64,000 bases of DNA from Tequatrovirus LF73P3: sequence record OZ035756.1. One strand, written 5' to 3'. Within the stretch, counting starts at the first letter, position 1, and the number at the start of each line of letters is the position of its first letter. Under the pieces are notes generated by a model. The model made no database searches, was not told where the DNA came from, and was given only the letters and a program-made list of their open reading frames with translations. Made by a program: the position numbers and the translations under genes. This document shows, piece after piece, positions 47,153-57,578 of this stretch.

Positions 47153-47239
47153 CGGAGGCGATAGGATTTGAACCTATGAGTCGCCGGAGCGACTGCCGGT
47201 TTTCAAGACCGGTGCATTAAACCACTCTGCCACGCCTCC
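47153..47239 (-). tRNA. tRNA-Ser (anticodon UGA), CCA not encoded
   Basis: Begins GGAGGCGUGGCAGAG..., anticodon loop CUUGAAA, long variable arm; matches T4 tRNA-Ser as I recall it. Confidence 0.85.
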
Positions 47240-47241
47240 AG

Positions 47242-47315
47242 TCTCCGCGGCAGGATTTGAACCTGCGACATTCTGCTCCCAAAGCAGACACTCTACCAAA
47301 CTGAGCTACACGGAG
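47242..47315 (-). tRNA. tRNA-Pro (anticodon UGG), CCA not encoded
   Basis: Anticodon stem-loop UCUGC-UUUGGGA-GCAGA; separated by ~2 nt from tRNA-Ser (dimeric precursor arrangement). Confidence 0.8.
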
Positions 47316-47325
47316 TAAATTAAAT

Positions 47326-47399
<74 letters not shown>

Positions 47400-47404
47400 A
47401 AATT

Positions 47405-47491
47405 TGGTGCGAGAAGTGGGACTCGAACCCACAAGGAAATCATTCCGCAGCATTTTAAGTGCTGTGTCTTTACCAATTTGACCATTCTCGC
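47405..47491 (-). tRNA. tRNA-Leu (anticodon UAA)
   Basis: GCGAGAAUGGUCAAAUUGGUAAAG..., anticodon loop ACUUAAAAU region, long variable arm, CCA. Confidence 0.85.
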
Positions 47492-47492
47492 G

Positions 47493-47565
47493 CTGGGAAT
47501 AAAGGACTCGAACCTTTGCATCTAGCAGTCAAAGTGCTATGCCTTACCAACTTGGCTAATTCCCA
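47493..47565 (-). tRNA. tRNA-Gln (anticodon UUG), CCA apparently not encoded
   Basis: Acceptor UGGGAAU/AUUCCCA, anticodon stem-loop UAGCA-CUUUGAC-UGCUA; abuts tRNA-Leu. Confidence 0.8.
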
Positions 47566-47662
47566 ATTATTAACAAAGGCTCTCTAACAAGAACCCTTGA
47601 TGATAGAGGGTATTAATCAGTGCGATATGAGTTAATAATAACAAATAATTCTTAAAGCATAT

Positions 47663-47950
47663 TTACCATTTATGATAATACATATTTACGATGCATTCAA
47701 GACCCAAAGGATTCTTGAAAATATCATATTCAAGAGGACCTTTTTCTGTTTCAATAAAGAAATCAAAATTTACTGTATTAAATTTACGGTCTTCCTTTAC
47801 TAATTTAACTTGAGAAGATGAACGGTCAGTGTAAACCTTTTCAACTTCAAAACATGTTAAAATGCCATAATCATCAATCAAGGCTTTAGCTGCTTCTTGA
47901 TCATATTTATATCCATTTTCAATGGATGATACTTTCGCATAAAGAATCAT
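47663..47950 (-). CDS. Hypothetical protein (95 aa)
   Basis: ORF downstream of tRNA cluster. Confidence 0.4.
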   Translation of the reverse strand: MILYAKVSSIENGYKYDQEAAKALIDDYGILTCFEVEKVYTDRSSSQVKLVKEDRKFNTVNFDFFIETEKGPLEYDIFKNPLGLECIVNMYYHKW

Positions 47951-47952
47951 TA

Positions 47953-48357
47953 TTAACCTTTATCAACAATAGTATGTGTATGGGCATTTACGATTTGCCA
48001 CCAATCGAAACTATCGCCAAATCGTTTTGATTTATTGTCTTCAATAATTTGGCGTAATTCATCTTCTGTTTCAGCATACGCAATCAAATCATCATATCCA
48101 CCGCAAGGATAGTAATTATCGCCTGCGAACAAAAGAAAATTTACTTTAGATGGGTCTACATAATAATGCTCTTTAGGATATTTAGTTCCTCTCCAATCAG
48201 TTACTTCAACATAACGATAAGAAAATCCATTTTTACTTTCAATCCAACTCCACGCTTCAAAAGGAGTATTAAAAACTTTATCAGGTATTAAATTACCTTC
48301 AAAATGAGAAGGATTTGCATAATCCCCGGCATAAACATAATATTCGTTAATACTCAT
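47953..48357 (-). CDS. Hypothetical protein (134 aa)
   Basis: ORF. Confidence 0.4.
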   Translation of the reverse strand: MSINEYYVYAGDYANPSHFEGNLIPDKVFNTPFEAWSWIESKNGFSYRYVEVTDWRGTKYPKEHYYVDPSKVNFLLFAGDNYYPCGGYDDLIAYAETEDELRQIIEDNKSKRFGDSFDWWQIVNAHTHTIVDKG

Positions 48358-48582
48358 TTATTCACCTTTAGAAATTTTATCCATAACGATAGCGATTAAA
48401 CCAATTAAAAATGCTACTACAAGTGAAAACACATTTTCTGCTGTAGTTAATAATCCGCATATAAATCCAACAAACATTGAAAAACTAAAAGCAGAAGCAG
48501 AAACTGCAATAGCAACATTTCGAATTAATTCACAACGTTTCATTTTTATTCTCCTCAGTAGTTGATAGGGTAATAATATCAC
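48358..48582 (-). CDS. Small membrane protein (74 aa)
   Basis: Two hydrophobic helices. Confidence 0.4.
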   Translation of the reverse strand: MILLPYQLLRRIKMKRCELIRNVAIAVSASAFSFSMFVGFICGLLTTAENVFSLVVAFLIGLIAIVMDKISKGE

Positions 48583-48604
48583 TACCCCATCTAAAAGTAA
48601 ACGG
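48572..48604 (-). promoter_or_regulatory. T4-type early promoter
   Basis: Minus strand GTTTAC-18 nt-TATTAT. Confidence 0.55.
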
Positions 48605-48612
48605 TTTATAAA

Positions 48613-48921
48613 CTATTTTATTCCGCGTGATGCAATTGTGTTCTGCCGTTTAACACCAGTTTGTTTAAAGTCATGATTGTCGATTTGATCGGTACGAGCA
48701 ACTCCGAATGATGATTTGATCTTAGCTTTAGATCCTTTAGTTATAGAAATAAACATCTCGGAAGCCCCTTTCTTAAAGTCCGAAGCGATTACTTCAACGC
48801 CGTTCTTAGCAAGTGACTTCAGAATTGCCTCTGCATACTCATCGTCAAGACTCGTCTGAGTATTAATAACGAATGTCTTTGGCGCAGCCGCTTCATTGAT
48901 AAATTCTTTAAATGTTTTCAT
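48613..48921 (-). CDS. Internal-protein-like head protein with capsid targeting sequence (102 aa; ipI position upstream of 57B)
   Basis: N-terminus MKTFKEFINE|AAA (targeting consensus); located where T4 ipI sits. Confidence 0.55.
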   Translation of the reverse strand: MKTFKEFINEAAAPKTFVINTQTSLDDEYAEAILKSLAKNGVEVIASDFKKGASEMFISITKGSKAKIKSSFGVARTDQIDNHDFKQTGVKRQNTIASRGIK

Positions 48922-48950
48922 TTTATTTTCCTAATTAATTTTGATGAGAT

Positions 48951-48983
48951 AATAGTATCACTACCTCATCAGCATGTAAACAA
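48951..48983 (-). promoter_or_regulatory. T4-type early promoter
   Basis: Minus strand GTTTAC-18 nt-TACTAT. Confidence 0.55.
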
Positions 48984-48993
48984 CTTTGTGAAA

Positions 48994-49690
<697 letters not shown>

Positions 49691-49691
<1 letters not shown>

Positions 49692-50416
49692 TATAGTACC
49701 TTTAGTATATTTTTAATTTTAGAAAAAAGTTCTTCAAGAGAACCATCGTTTGTAATTACTAAATCGCCATCACGAATTGGCAATCCAGCTTCTGTAATAT
49801 GAGTATCATTGGATTTTTGACCAGGACGAACTACATGAATTACTGTAGCACCCATCGCCCTAGCCGCATCCATTTCATGATCTTGACGAGTATCAGGAAC
49901 GATATAATAATCATAACCTGAGTTAAATTTATCAAGATAATCTAAAGCAAATAATTTTACCCAATACATGCGGTCGAAGTTATTAACAATCAAATCCGTA
50001 CCTAGGGCTTGCATCAGACGACGGACTGACCATTGATCTTCAATATTATTTATAACGTCAATAATCTTGTTACATGCTACGGAATCAACTGATTCTTGTC
50101 CTTCGTCCTCAAAAACACACACACCCTTAATTGGGCTTTTACTATTAAGATAGCAAAATGCTTGTTCCATAATCGTGATTACTTCTGATTTAGTCAGATT
50201 TAAATTAGTCTCACGATCATAGTCAATTCCTTCAAACTCTTTACGAGTTAAGCAAGGATAGTCAGTGTTTTCTGCAAATACGCCCCACGCATAAGCCAAT
50301 GCATCCTTAATAGGACCAGCAAGTTGGTATTTAACTGCAGAATAATTGCTCATGATAAAATCAGCAGTAGTATCTTTTCCACTACGCTTTACACCGCTTA
50401 AAAAGATTAGTTTCAT
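49691..50416 (-). CDS. 1: Deoxynucleoside monophosphate kinase gp1
   Basis: 241 aa with P-loop GVKRSGKDT; matches T4 gp1 as I recall it. Confidence 0.9.
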
Positions 50417-50465
50417 ATGTTTCTCCTCAAATTTAGTTAAGATTATAACACATGAAACTGAAGCA

Positions 50466-50996
50466 TTAAACTTCTGCTATAATTTTGCCATCTTTTTCTA
50501 CTTGAAAATACGTATAAGGAATCGTTGCTGTGCATACTAAGGCTGGGTCTGAATCTTCTGTGTAGCTAAATTCTACTTCAGACAGGTCAGAAACCCAAGG
50601 CTTATAAAAGTTTATTGACATCACGATTTCAGTTTTACTATTATCTAAAATGTAAAGCGTAATGTATTCAGGACCTGTTTTTTGGGCAGTATTTTCACCT
50701 GTAAGATAGTTACTAGTTCCTAGCATCCATTCATACATTCCTATCCACGACTTAAGCTCTTCATCAACTATAAATCTCACGATGAGTGGATCGTACTCAA
50801 ATGTAACTCCTGGACGTTGTGCTCTGCCTAGTCCAAACGGCCCAGTCACGGTATCAGTAACAGGTATCCTAATTCCTGGAATAGGAACTGACTGAGCATT
50901 TAAAGTAAAAGCAGATGTAGTATTACTATGCGGTATTGATACTACAAAGTTAGTTGTATTTGCTTGGTTAAAAATTTGTTGCAGTGCTTGCGACAT
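50466..50996 (-). CDS. 3: Tail completion/sheath stabiliser gp3
   Basis: Synteny (1-3-2-4); start trimmed to internal Met MSQALQQIF giving ~176 aa, the T4 gp3 length. Confidence 0.6.
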   Translation of the reverse strand: MSQALQQIFNQANTTNFVVSIPHSNTTSAFTLNAQSVPIPGIRIPVTDTVTGPFGLGRAQRPGVTFEYDPLIVRFIVDEELKSWIGMYEWMLGTSNYLTGENTAQKTGPEYITLYILDNSKTEIVMSINFYKPWVSDLSEVEFSYTEDSDPALVCTATIPYTYFQVEKDGKIIAEV

Positions 50997-51102
50997 ATAT
51001 TCCTCATAATGCTTTATAAATGTTGGTGGTATAATGGGTCTAAGTCCCTTCCATTCAATTCCAATTAGAACAAACAATAGAAAAGAATGGAAGATAATAG
51101 AA

Positions 51103-51927
51103 TTAGATATTTGACCAGACTTTGTTTGCAGAGAAACGTTTTCCTTTGGAGTAGAAGCTTTGGAGTGGCATTAACACAACGTTCGCCCAGTCTTTCGGGG
51201 CGATTTCAACAAGGCTACCCATAATATTACCAGGTATATATGCCTTAATCATTTGGTCTGCACCCCTAAATCCTTTCACTTGACTCCAATCAATTTTTAA
51301 TTTCGTTTTATTAGTAATAGTAGGTGTATTTGAATATTGCTTTAAAAGCTCTTCTAGAAATTGCTGACGAGCTTTAGGTGGAATATAGTGCAAGTTCAAT
51401 CCGTACATTAAATTATGTTTACCTAAACCAAGGTAAATTATCAAAGGAAATTTATCCCAGTAAGGAAGAGTTTCCTTGTGTTTAGCATCATAAGCAAAAG
51501 CATATATTCGTCCCGGCTGCGGGCGAACAACTTTATGTCCTTTTACTTGCTTAATAGTTTCAGCAAACCACTTTCTGGTTTTATTATTAATTGCTGCGCC
51601 TTCATTACGAATTTTATCACGCAATGTTTGCCTGAATGAATTTATCATAAGCAGTTGTCTTTCTTGCTTATTGAGTTTATTCATTGGTTTTGATTCAAGC
51701 TTTTGAATCTTTTCAGCTGTTTTAATTCCTGAAGCATATTTTGACATTGCTGAAGTAAACGTAGAGTATTTGATTCCTCTTTCTTCAGCAAATTGCTTTC
51801 CTGTCATTCCTTTTGCTTTGGCCTTTTTGTATTCAAGACCTATCTGAATCCATTTCTTTTCGTTTAATGATTGCTTAACCTTTGGAACTTGGGGAGTGCT
51901 TTCATTAATTATTTGAAAAATAGCCAT
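51103..51927 (-). CDS. 2: DNA end-protector protein gp2
   Basis: 274 aa; size and synteny as T4 gp2. Confidence 0.75.
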   Translation of the reverse strand: MAIFQIINESTPQVPKVKQSLNEKKWIQIGLEYKKAKAKGMTGKQFAEERGIKYSTFTSAMSKYASGIKTAEKIQKLESKPMNKLNKQERQLLMINSFRQTLRDKIRNEGAAINNKTRKWFAETIKQVKGHKVVRPQPGRIYAFAYDAKHKETLPYWDKFPLIIYLGLGKHNLMYGLNLHYIPPKARQQFLEELLKQYSNTPTITNKTKLKIDWSQVKGFRGADQMIKAYIPGNIMGSLVEIAPKDWANVVLMPLQSFYSKGKRFSANKVWSNI

Positions 51928-52379
51928 TATGCCCCCTTAAAGCCAAGAGCTCGTAATCCATCTTCTGTTAGAATTCTAAATTTTATTCCACGCTTTTCAG
52001 CTAAAGATTGCGCTGCTTTCCATTTGTCAGTATTAACGGAATATGTATAAATTTCATTCATAAATCTTTTCTTCGCTGCAGTTGTTAGATGTGCCGGTTT
52101 AACTGGTGGTTGTGTTTCTTTTTTAGGTTTTATTTCAATAAAAAATTCTTGTCCAGAAGAATCTTTCATCCAAATATCCATGAAGTATCTACGTTTTTTC
52201 CCTTCTGCATTACAAAAATAAGGAATTACTGCTGTTTCACTACCCCATGCAATAATTTCTGGATTTTTATCTAACCATTCAAAAAAGAATTTTTCCCAAT
52301 TTGATCTATACGTAATTTTTTTAGGGTCACCTCTATATTTTGATATATTTTTAGGAACCCATTTTCCAGAATATGCCAT
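51927..52379 (-). CDS. 4: Head completion protein gp4
   Basis: 150 aa; size and synteny as T4 gp4. Confidence 0.75.
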   Translation of the reverse strand: MAYSGKWVPKNISKYRGDPKKITYRSNWEKFFFEWLDKNPEIIAWGSETAVIPYFCNAEGKKRRYFMDIWMKDSSGQEFFIEIKPKKETQPPVKPAHLTTAAKKRFMNEIYTYSVNTDKWKAAQSLAEKRGIKFRILTEDGLRALGFKGA

Positions 52380-52390
52380 TGGATTCTCCT

Positions 52391-52398
52391 TATAAATA
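52391..52398 (+). promoter_or_regulatory. Late promoter (TATAAATA) for gene 53
   Basis: Exact TATAAATA about 29 nt upstream of the gene 53 ATG. Confidence 0.7.
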
Positions 52399-52406
52399 GA
52401 TAATAT

Positions 52407-52414
52407 ATTTATAA
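52407..52414 (-). promoter_or_regulatory. Late promoter (TATAAATA on minus strand) for gene 4
   Basis: Plus strand tatttata, divergent from the gene 53 promoter. Confidence 0.55.
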
Positions 52415-52426
52415 ACAGGAGGGCCC

Positions 52427-53017
52427 ATGCTCTTTACATTTTTTGATCCGATTGAATATGCGGCCAAAACGGTGAATAAAAACGCGCCGACTATTCCTAT
52501 GACAGATATTTTTAGAAACTATAAAGACTATTTCAAACGTGCTCTTGCGGGATACCGCTTACGTACTTATTGTATTAAAGGTTCACCACGCCCGGAAGAA
52601 TTAGCAAATGCTATATATGGAAATCCGCAGTTGTATTGGGTTTTATTGATGTGTAATGATAATTATGATCCGTATTATGGATGGATTACTTCGCAAGAAG
52701 CTGCTTATCAAGCATCTATACAAAAATACAAAAACGTAGGTGGAGACCAAATAGTATATCATGTGAATGAGAACGGTGAAAAATTTTATAATTTAATATC
52801 ATACGATGATAATCCATATGTTTGGTATGACAAAGGCGATAAAGCTAGAAAATATCCTCAATATGAAGGAGCACTTGCTGCGGTCGATACGTATGAAGCT
52901 GCTGTTCTTGAAAATGAAAAACTTCGTCAAATAAAAATAATAGCAAAATCAGACATCAATTCATTTATGAACGACCTTATACGTATAATGGAGAAATCTT
53001 ATGGAAATGATAAGTAA
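52427..53017 (+). CDS. 53: Baseplate wedge protein gp53
   Basis: 196 aa; size and synteny as T4 gp53. Confidence 0.8.
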   Translation: MLFTFFDPIEYAAKTVNKNAPTIPMTDIFRNYKDYFKRALAGYRLRTYCIKGSPRPEELANAIYGNPQLYWVLLMCNDNYDPYYGWITSQEAAYQASIQKYKNVGGDQIVYHVNENGEKFYNLISYDDNPYVWYDKGDKARKYPQYEGALAAVDTYEAAVLENEKLRQIKIIAKSDINSFMNDLIRIMEKSYGNDK

Positions 53018-54731
53018 TAACCTTAATTGGTTTGTTGGTGTTGTTGAAGATAGAATGGACCCATTAAAATTAGGTCGTGTTCGTGTTCGTGTAGTTGGTC
53101 TGCATCCACCTCAAAGAGCACAAGGCGACGTAATGGGTATTCCAACTGATAAATTACCATGGATGTCAGTTATTCAACCTATAACTTCTGCAGCAATGTC
53201 TGGAATTGGAGGCTCCGTTACTGGTCCGGTAGAAGGAACTAGAGTTTATGGTCATTTTTTAGACAAATGGAAAACTAACGGAATTGTCCTTGGCACTTAT
53301 GGTGGAATAGTTCGCGAAAAACCGAATAGACTTGAAGGATTTTCTGACCCGACTGGACAGTATCCTAGACGTCTAGGAAATGATACTAACGTATTAAACC
53401 AAGGCGGAGAAGTAGGATATGATTCGTCTTCTAATATTATCCAAGATAGTAATCTAGACACCGCAATAAATCCCGATGATAGACCGTTATCAGAAATTCC
53501 AACCGATGATAATCCAAATATGTCAATGGCTGAAATGCTTCGCCGTGATGAAGGATTAAGACTAAAAGTCTATTGGGATACAGAAGGATATCCGACAATT
53601 GGTATTGGTCATCTTATCATGAAGCAGCCAGTTCGTGATATGACCCAAATTAATAAAGTTTTATCAAAACAAGTTGGTCGTGAAATTACCGGAAATCCAG
53701 GTTCTATTACAATGGAAGAAGCGGTAACTTTATTTGAACGCGATTTGGCTGATATGCAACGTGACATTAAATCACATTCTAAAGTTGGCCCAGTTTGGCA
53801 AGCAGTTAATCGTTCCCGTCAAATGGCATTAGAAAATATGGCATTTCAGATGGGTGTTGGCGGTGTAGCTAAATTTAACACAATGTTAACAGCTATGTTA
53901 GCCGGAGATTGGGAAAAGGCATATAAAGCTGGTCGTGATTCATTGTGGTATCAACAAACAAAAGGCCGTGCATCCCGTGTTACCATGATTATTCTTACAG
54001 GGAATTTGGAATCATATGGTATTGAAGTGAAAACACCAGCTAGGTCTTTGTCAGCAATGGCTGCTACTGTAGCAAAGTCTTCTGATCCAGCTGACCCTCC
54101 TATTCCGAATGATTCGAGAATTTTATTTAAAGAACCTGTTTCTTCATATAAAGGTGAATATCCGTATGTTCACACAATGGAAACTGAAAGCGGTCATATT
54201 CAGGAATTTGATGATACCCCTGGGCAAGAACGATACAGATTAGTTCATCCGACTGGAACATATGAGGAAGTATCACCCTCAGGAAGAAGAACAAGAAAAA
54301 CTGTTGATAATTTGTATGATATAACAAATGCTGACGGTAATTTTTTGGTAGCCGGCGATAAAAAGACTAACGTCGGTGGATCAGAAATTTACTACAACAT
54401 GGATAATCGTCTTCACCAAATAGATGGAAGCAACACAATATTTGTCCGTGGCGATGAAACTAAGACAGTTGAAGGTAATGGAACTATCCTAGTTAAAGGT
54501 AATGTTACTATTGTAGTCGAAGGTAATGCTGACATTACAGTTAAAGGAGATGCTACCACTTTAGTTGAAGGAAATCAGACTAATACAGTAAATGGAAATC
54601 TTTCTTGGAAAGTTGCTGGGACAGTTGATTGGGACGTTGGTGGTGATTGGACGGAAAAAATGGCATCTATGAGTTCTATTTCATCTGGTCAATACACAAT
54701 TGATGGTAGCCGTATAGACGTAGGTTTATAA
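53001..54731 (+). CDS. 5: Baseplate hub / cell-puncturing protein gp5 with lysozyme domain
   Basis: N-terminus MEMISNNLNWFVGVVED...; internal lysozyme domain paralogous to e (MAEMLRRDEGLRLKVYWDTEGYPTIGIGHL); C-terminal VxGxxxxx beta-helix repeats. Confidence 0.95.
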   Translation: MEMISNNLNWFVGVVEDRMDPLKLGRVRVRVVGLHPPQRAQGDVMGIPTDKLPWMSVIQPITSAAMSGIGGSVTGPVEGTRVYGHFLDKWKTNGIVLGTYGGIVREKPNRLEGFSDPTGQYPRRLGNDTNVLNQGGEVGYDSSSNIIQDSNLDTAINPDDRPLSEIPTDDNPNMSMAEMLRRDEGLRLKVYWDTEGYPTIGIGHLIMKQPVRDMTQINKVLSKQVGREITGNPGSITMEEAVTLFERDLADMQRDIKSHSKVGPVWQAVNRSRQMALENMAFQMGVGGVAKFNTMLTAMLAGDWEKAYKAGRDSLWYQQTKGRASRVTMIILTGNLESYGIEVKTPARSLSAMAATVAKSSDPADPPIPNDSRILFKEPVSSYKGEYPYVHTMETESGHIQEFDDTPGQERYRLVHPTGTYEEVSPSGRRTRKTVDNLYDITNADGNFLVAGDKKTNVGGSEIYYNMDNRLHQIDGSNTIFVRGDETKTVEGNGTILVKGNVTIVVEGNADITVKGDATTLVEGNQTNTVNGNLSWKVAGTVDWDVGGDWTEKMASMSSISSGQYTIDGSRIDVGL

Positions 54732-54757
54732 ATTTACATCATTAGAGAATTCAACAA

Positions 54758-55294
54758 TTGGCTAATATACTTCCAATGAGCGCTGATTTAGGAGAATCCA
54801 TGGAAGGTTCTTCTATCGACGTCACCTTTACCGCTCAATTAGAAACAGGTGAAACGTTAGTATCTATAAATATAACTAGTTACGAAGAAACTCCTGGGGT
54901 TTTAGTAGAAGAAAATCGTTTATATGGAACGTATGAATCTGTGTTTGGATTTGGAAATGATGCGTTGAAATATCGTTTAGATAATGAATTTAAAACTGCT
55001 GCTTCATGGGAAGACCTTCCAACTGATTCTAATACCCAATTGTATTTATGGAAAGCTCCTCAGAACCTCCAGAAGACATTCACTTACGAAGTAACATTAA
55101 TATATGACTACCAAGAACAAAGTGAATCTGGAGGTTCTGGTAGTAATTCTAGGTCATCTTCTGATACCACTGAACCAACTGATCCTCCAGCTCCAATAAG
55201 AAAAACTCTTGTTAAAAATTATACAAAAACTATAGTTGGAAATTGGAGTCGTTGGGCTGATAAATTAAGAAGCTACGTATATGAGAGGCAATAA
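54758..55294 (+). CDS. Hypothetical protein (178 aa; T4 5.1 position)
   Basis: Synteny between 5 and 5.4. Confidence 0.55.
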
Positions 55295-55587
55295 TGTCAG
55301 GATTAAGTTATGATAAGTGTGTTACTGCTGGCCATGAAGCGTGGCCTCCAACAGTTGTGAATGCTACACAAAGTAAAGTATTCACTGGAGGAATTGCTGT
55401 TCTCGTAGCAGGTGATCCAATTACAGAACATACAGAAATTAAAAAGCCATATGAAACACATGGCGGAGTGACACAACCTAGAACTTCTAAGGTATATGTC
55501 ACTGGAAAGAAAGCTGTTCAAATGGCTGATCCAATATCATGTGGTGATACTGTGGCTCAGGCATCATCTAAAGTATTCATTAAATAG
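55294..55587 (+). CDS. 5.4: PAAR-repeat spike-tip protein gp5.4
   Basis: 97 aa; PAAR-like motifs ([19 protein letters not shown]); directly follows 5.1. Confidence 0.8.
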
Positions 55588-55595
55588 GATTTAAA

Positions 55596-57578
55596 ATGGC
55601 AAATACCCCTGTAAATTATCAATTAACACGAACAGCAAATGCTATTCCCGAGATATTCGTCGGGGGTACATTTGCTGAAATAAAACAAAACCTCATTGAA
55701 TGGCTTAATGGCCAAAATGAATTTTTGGATTATGATTTTGAAGGCTCAAGATTAAACGTTCTGTGTGACCTTTTGGCTTATAATACATTGTACATTCAGC
55801 AGTTTGGTAATGCTGCCTTGTATGAAAGCTTTATGCGTACTGCTAATTTACGTAGTTCAGTAGTTCAAGCTGCACAAGATAATGGATATTTACCTACTTC
55901 AAAATCAGCTGCTCAAACTGAAATTATGCTAACTTGTACAGACGCATTGAATAGAAATTATATTACTATTCCTCGTGGTACTCGCTTTTTAGCATATGCA
56001 AAAGATACTTCCGTTAATCCTTACAACTTTGTATCTACCGAAGATGTTATTGCTATTCGTGATAAAAATAACCAATATTTTCCGCGTTTAAAATTAGCCC
56101 AGGGGCGTATAGTAAGAACTGAAATCATCTATGATAAATTAACACCTATTATCATTTATGACAAAAATATAGATAGAAATCAAGTTAAACTATACGTTGA
56201 TGGAGCAGAATGGATTAACTGGACAAGAAAGTCAATGGTTCATGCTGGTTCTACATCAACAATTTACTACATGCGTGAAACTATTGATGGAAATACTGAG
56301 TTTTATTTTGGTGAAGGAGAGATTTCTGTTAATGCGGCAGAAGGAGCATTGACCGCTAATTATATTGGAGGTCTTAAACCTACCCAGAACTCTACGATTG
56401 TTATTGAGTACATCAGTACTAACGGTGCAGATGCGAATGGCGCAGTCGGATTTTCATATGCAGATACATTAACAAATATAACTGTCATCAACATTAATGA
56501 AAATCCAAACGATGACCCAGATTTTGTTGGGGCAGATGGCGGCGGTGATCCAGAAGATATTGAACGTATTCGTGAATTGGGTACTATTAAACGCGAGACC
56601 CAGCAACGCTGCGTAACTGCGACGGATTATGATACATTCGTTTCAGAGAGATTTGGTTCTATTATTCAAGCAGTTCAGACTTTCACTGATTCTACTAAAC
56701 CTGGTTATGCATTTATTGCTGCTAAACCTAAATCAGGACTATATTTAACTACTGTACAGCGCGAAGATATTAAAAATTATCTCAAAGACTATAATTTAGC
56801 TCCTATTACGCCATCAATTATTTCTCCTAATTACCTTTTTATTAAGACTAATTTAAAAGTCACATATGCTTTAAATAAGCTGCAAGAATCCGAACAGTGG
56901 CTCGAAGGTCAAATAATTGATAAAATTGATCGTTATTATACTGAAGATGTAGAAATTTTTAACTCGTCTTTCGCTAAATCTAAGATGTTGACATATGTAG
57001 ATGATGCAGATCATTCTATCATTGGCTCATCCGCGACAATTCAAATTGTTCGTGAAGTACAAAACTTCTATAAAACGCCTGAAGCAGGTATTAAATACAA
57101 TAATCAAATAAAAGATCGTTCTATGGAATCTAATACGTTTTCATTTAATTCTGGACGAAAGGTTGTAAATCCTGATACTGGTTTAGAAGAAGATGTGTTA
57201 TATGACGTTCGCATAGTATCAACAGACCGAAATTCTAAAGGAATTGGTAAAGTTATTATTGGTCCATTTGCTTCTGGCGATGTTACAGAAAATAAAAACA
57301 TTCGTCCATATACAGGCAACGATTTTAATAAATTAGCAAATTCTAGTGGACGCGACAAATACTATGTTATCGGTGAAATAAATTATCCAGCTGATGTGAT
57401 TTATTGGAATATCGCTAAAATTAATTTAACATCTGAAAAATTTGAAGTTCAGACTATTGAATTATATTCTGACCCAACCGATGATGTTATCTTTACTCGC
57501 GATGGTTCACTGATTGTATTTGAAAATGACTTACGTCCACAATACTTAACTATCGATTTGGAGCCTATATCACAATGA
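55596..57578 (+). CDS. 6: Baseplate wedge protein gp6
   Basis: 660 aa; size and synteny as T4 gp6. Confidence 0.85.
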   Translation: MANTPVNYQLTRTANAIPEIFVGGTFAEIKQNLIEWLNGQNEFLDYDFEGSRLNVLCDLLAYNTLYIQQFGNAALYESFMRTANLRSSVVQAAQDNGYLPTSKSAAQTEIMLTCTDALNRNYITIPRGTRFLAYAKDTSVNPYNFVSTEDVIAIRDKNNQYFPRLKLAQGRIVRTEIIYDKLTPIIIYDKNIDRNQVKLYVDGAEWINWTRKSMVHAGSTSTIYYMRETIDGNTEFYFGEGEISVNAAEGALTANYIGGLKPTQNSTIVIEYISTNGADANGAVGFSYADTLTNITVININENPNDDPDFVGADGGGDPEDIERIRELGTIKRETQQRCVTATDYDTFVSERFGSIIQAVQTFTDSTKPGYAFIAAKPKSGLYLTTVQREDIKNYLKDYNLAPITPSIISPNYLFIKTNLKVTYALNKLQESEQWLEGQIIDKIDRYYTEDVEIFNSSFAKSKMLTYVDDADHSIIGSSATIQIVREVQNFYKTPEAGIKYNNQIKDRSMESNTFSFNSGRKVVNPDTGLEEDVLYDVRIVSTDRNSKGIGKVIIGPFASGDVTENKNIRPYTGNDFNKLANSSGRDKYYVIGEINYPADVIYWNIAKINLTSEKFEVQTIELYSDPTDDVIFTRDGSLIVFENDLRPQYLTIDLEPISQ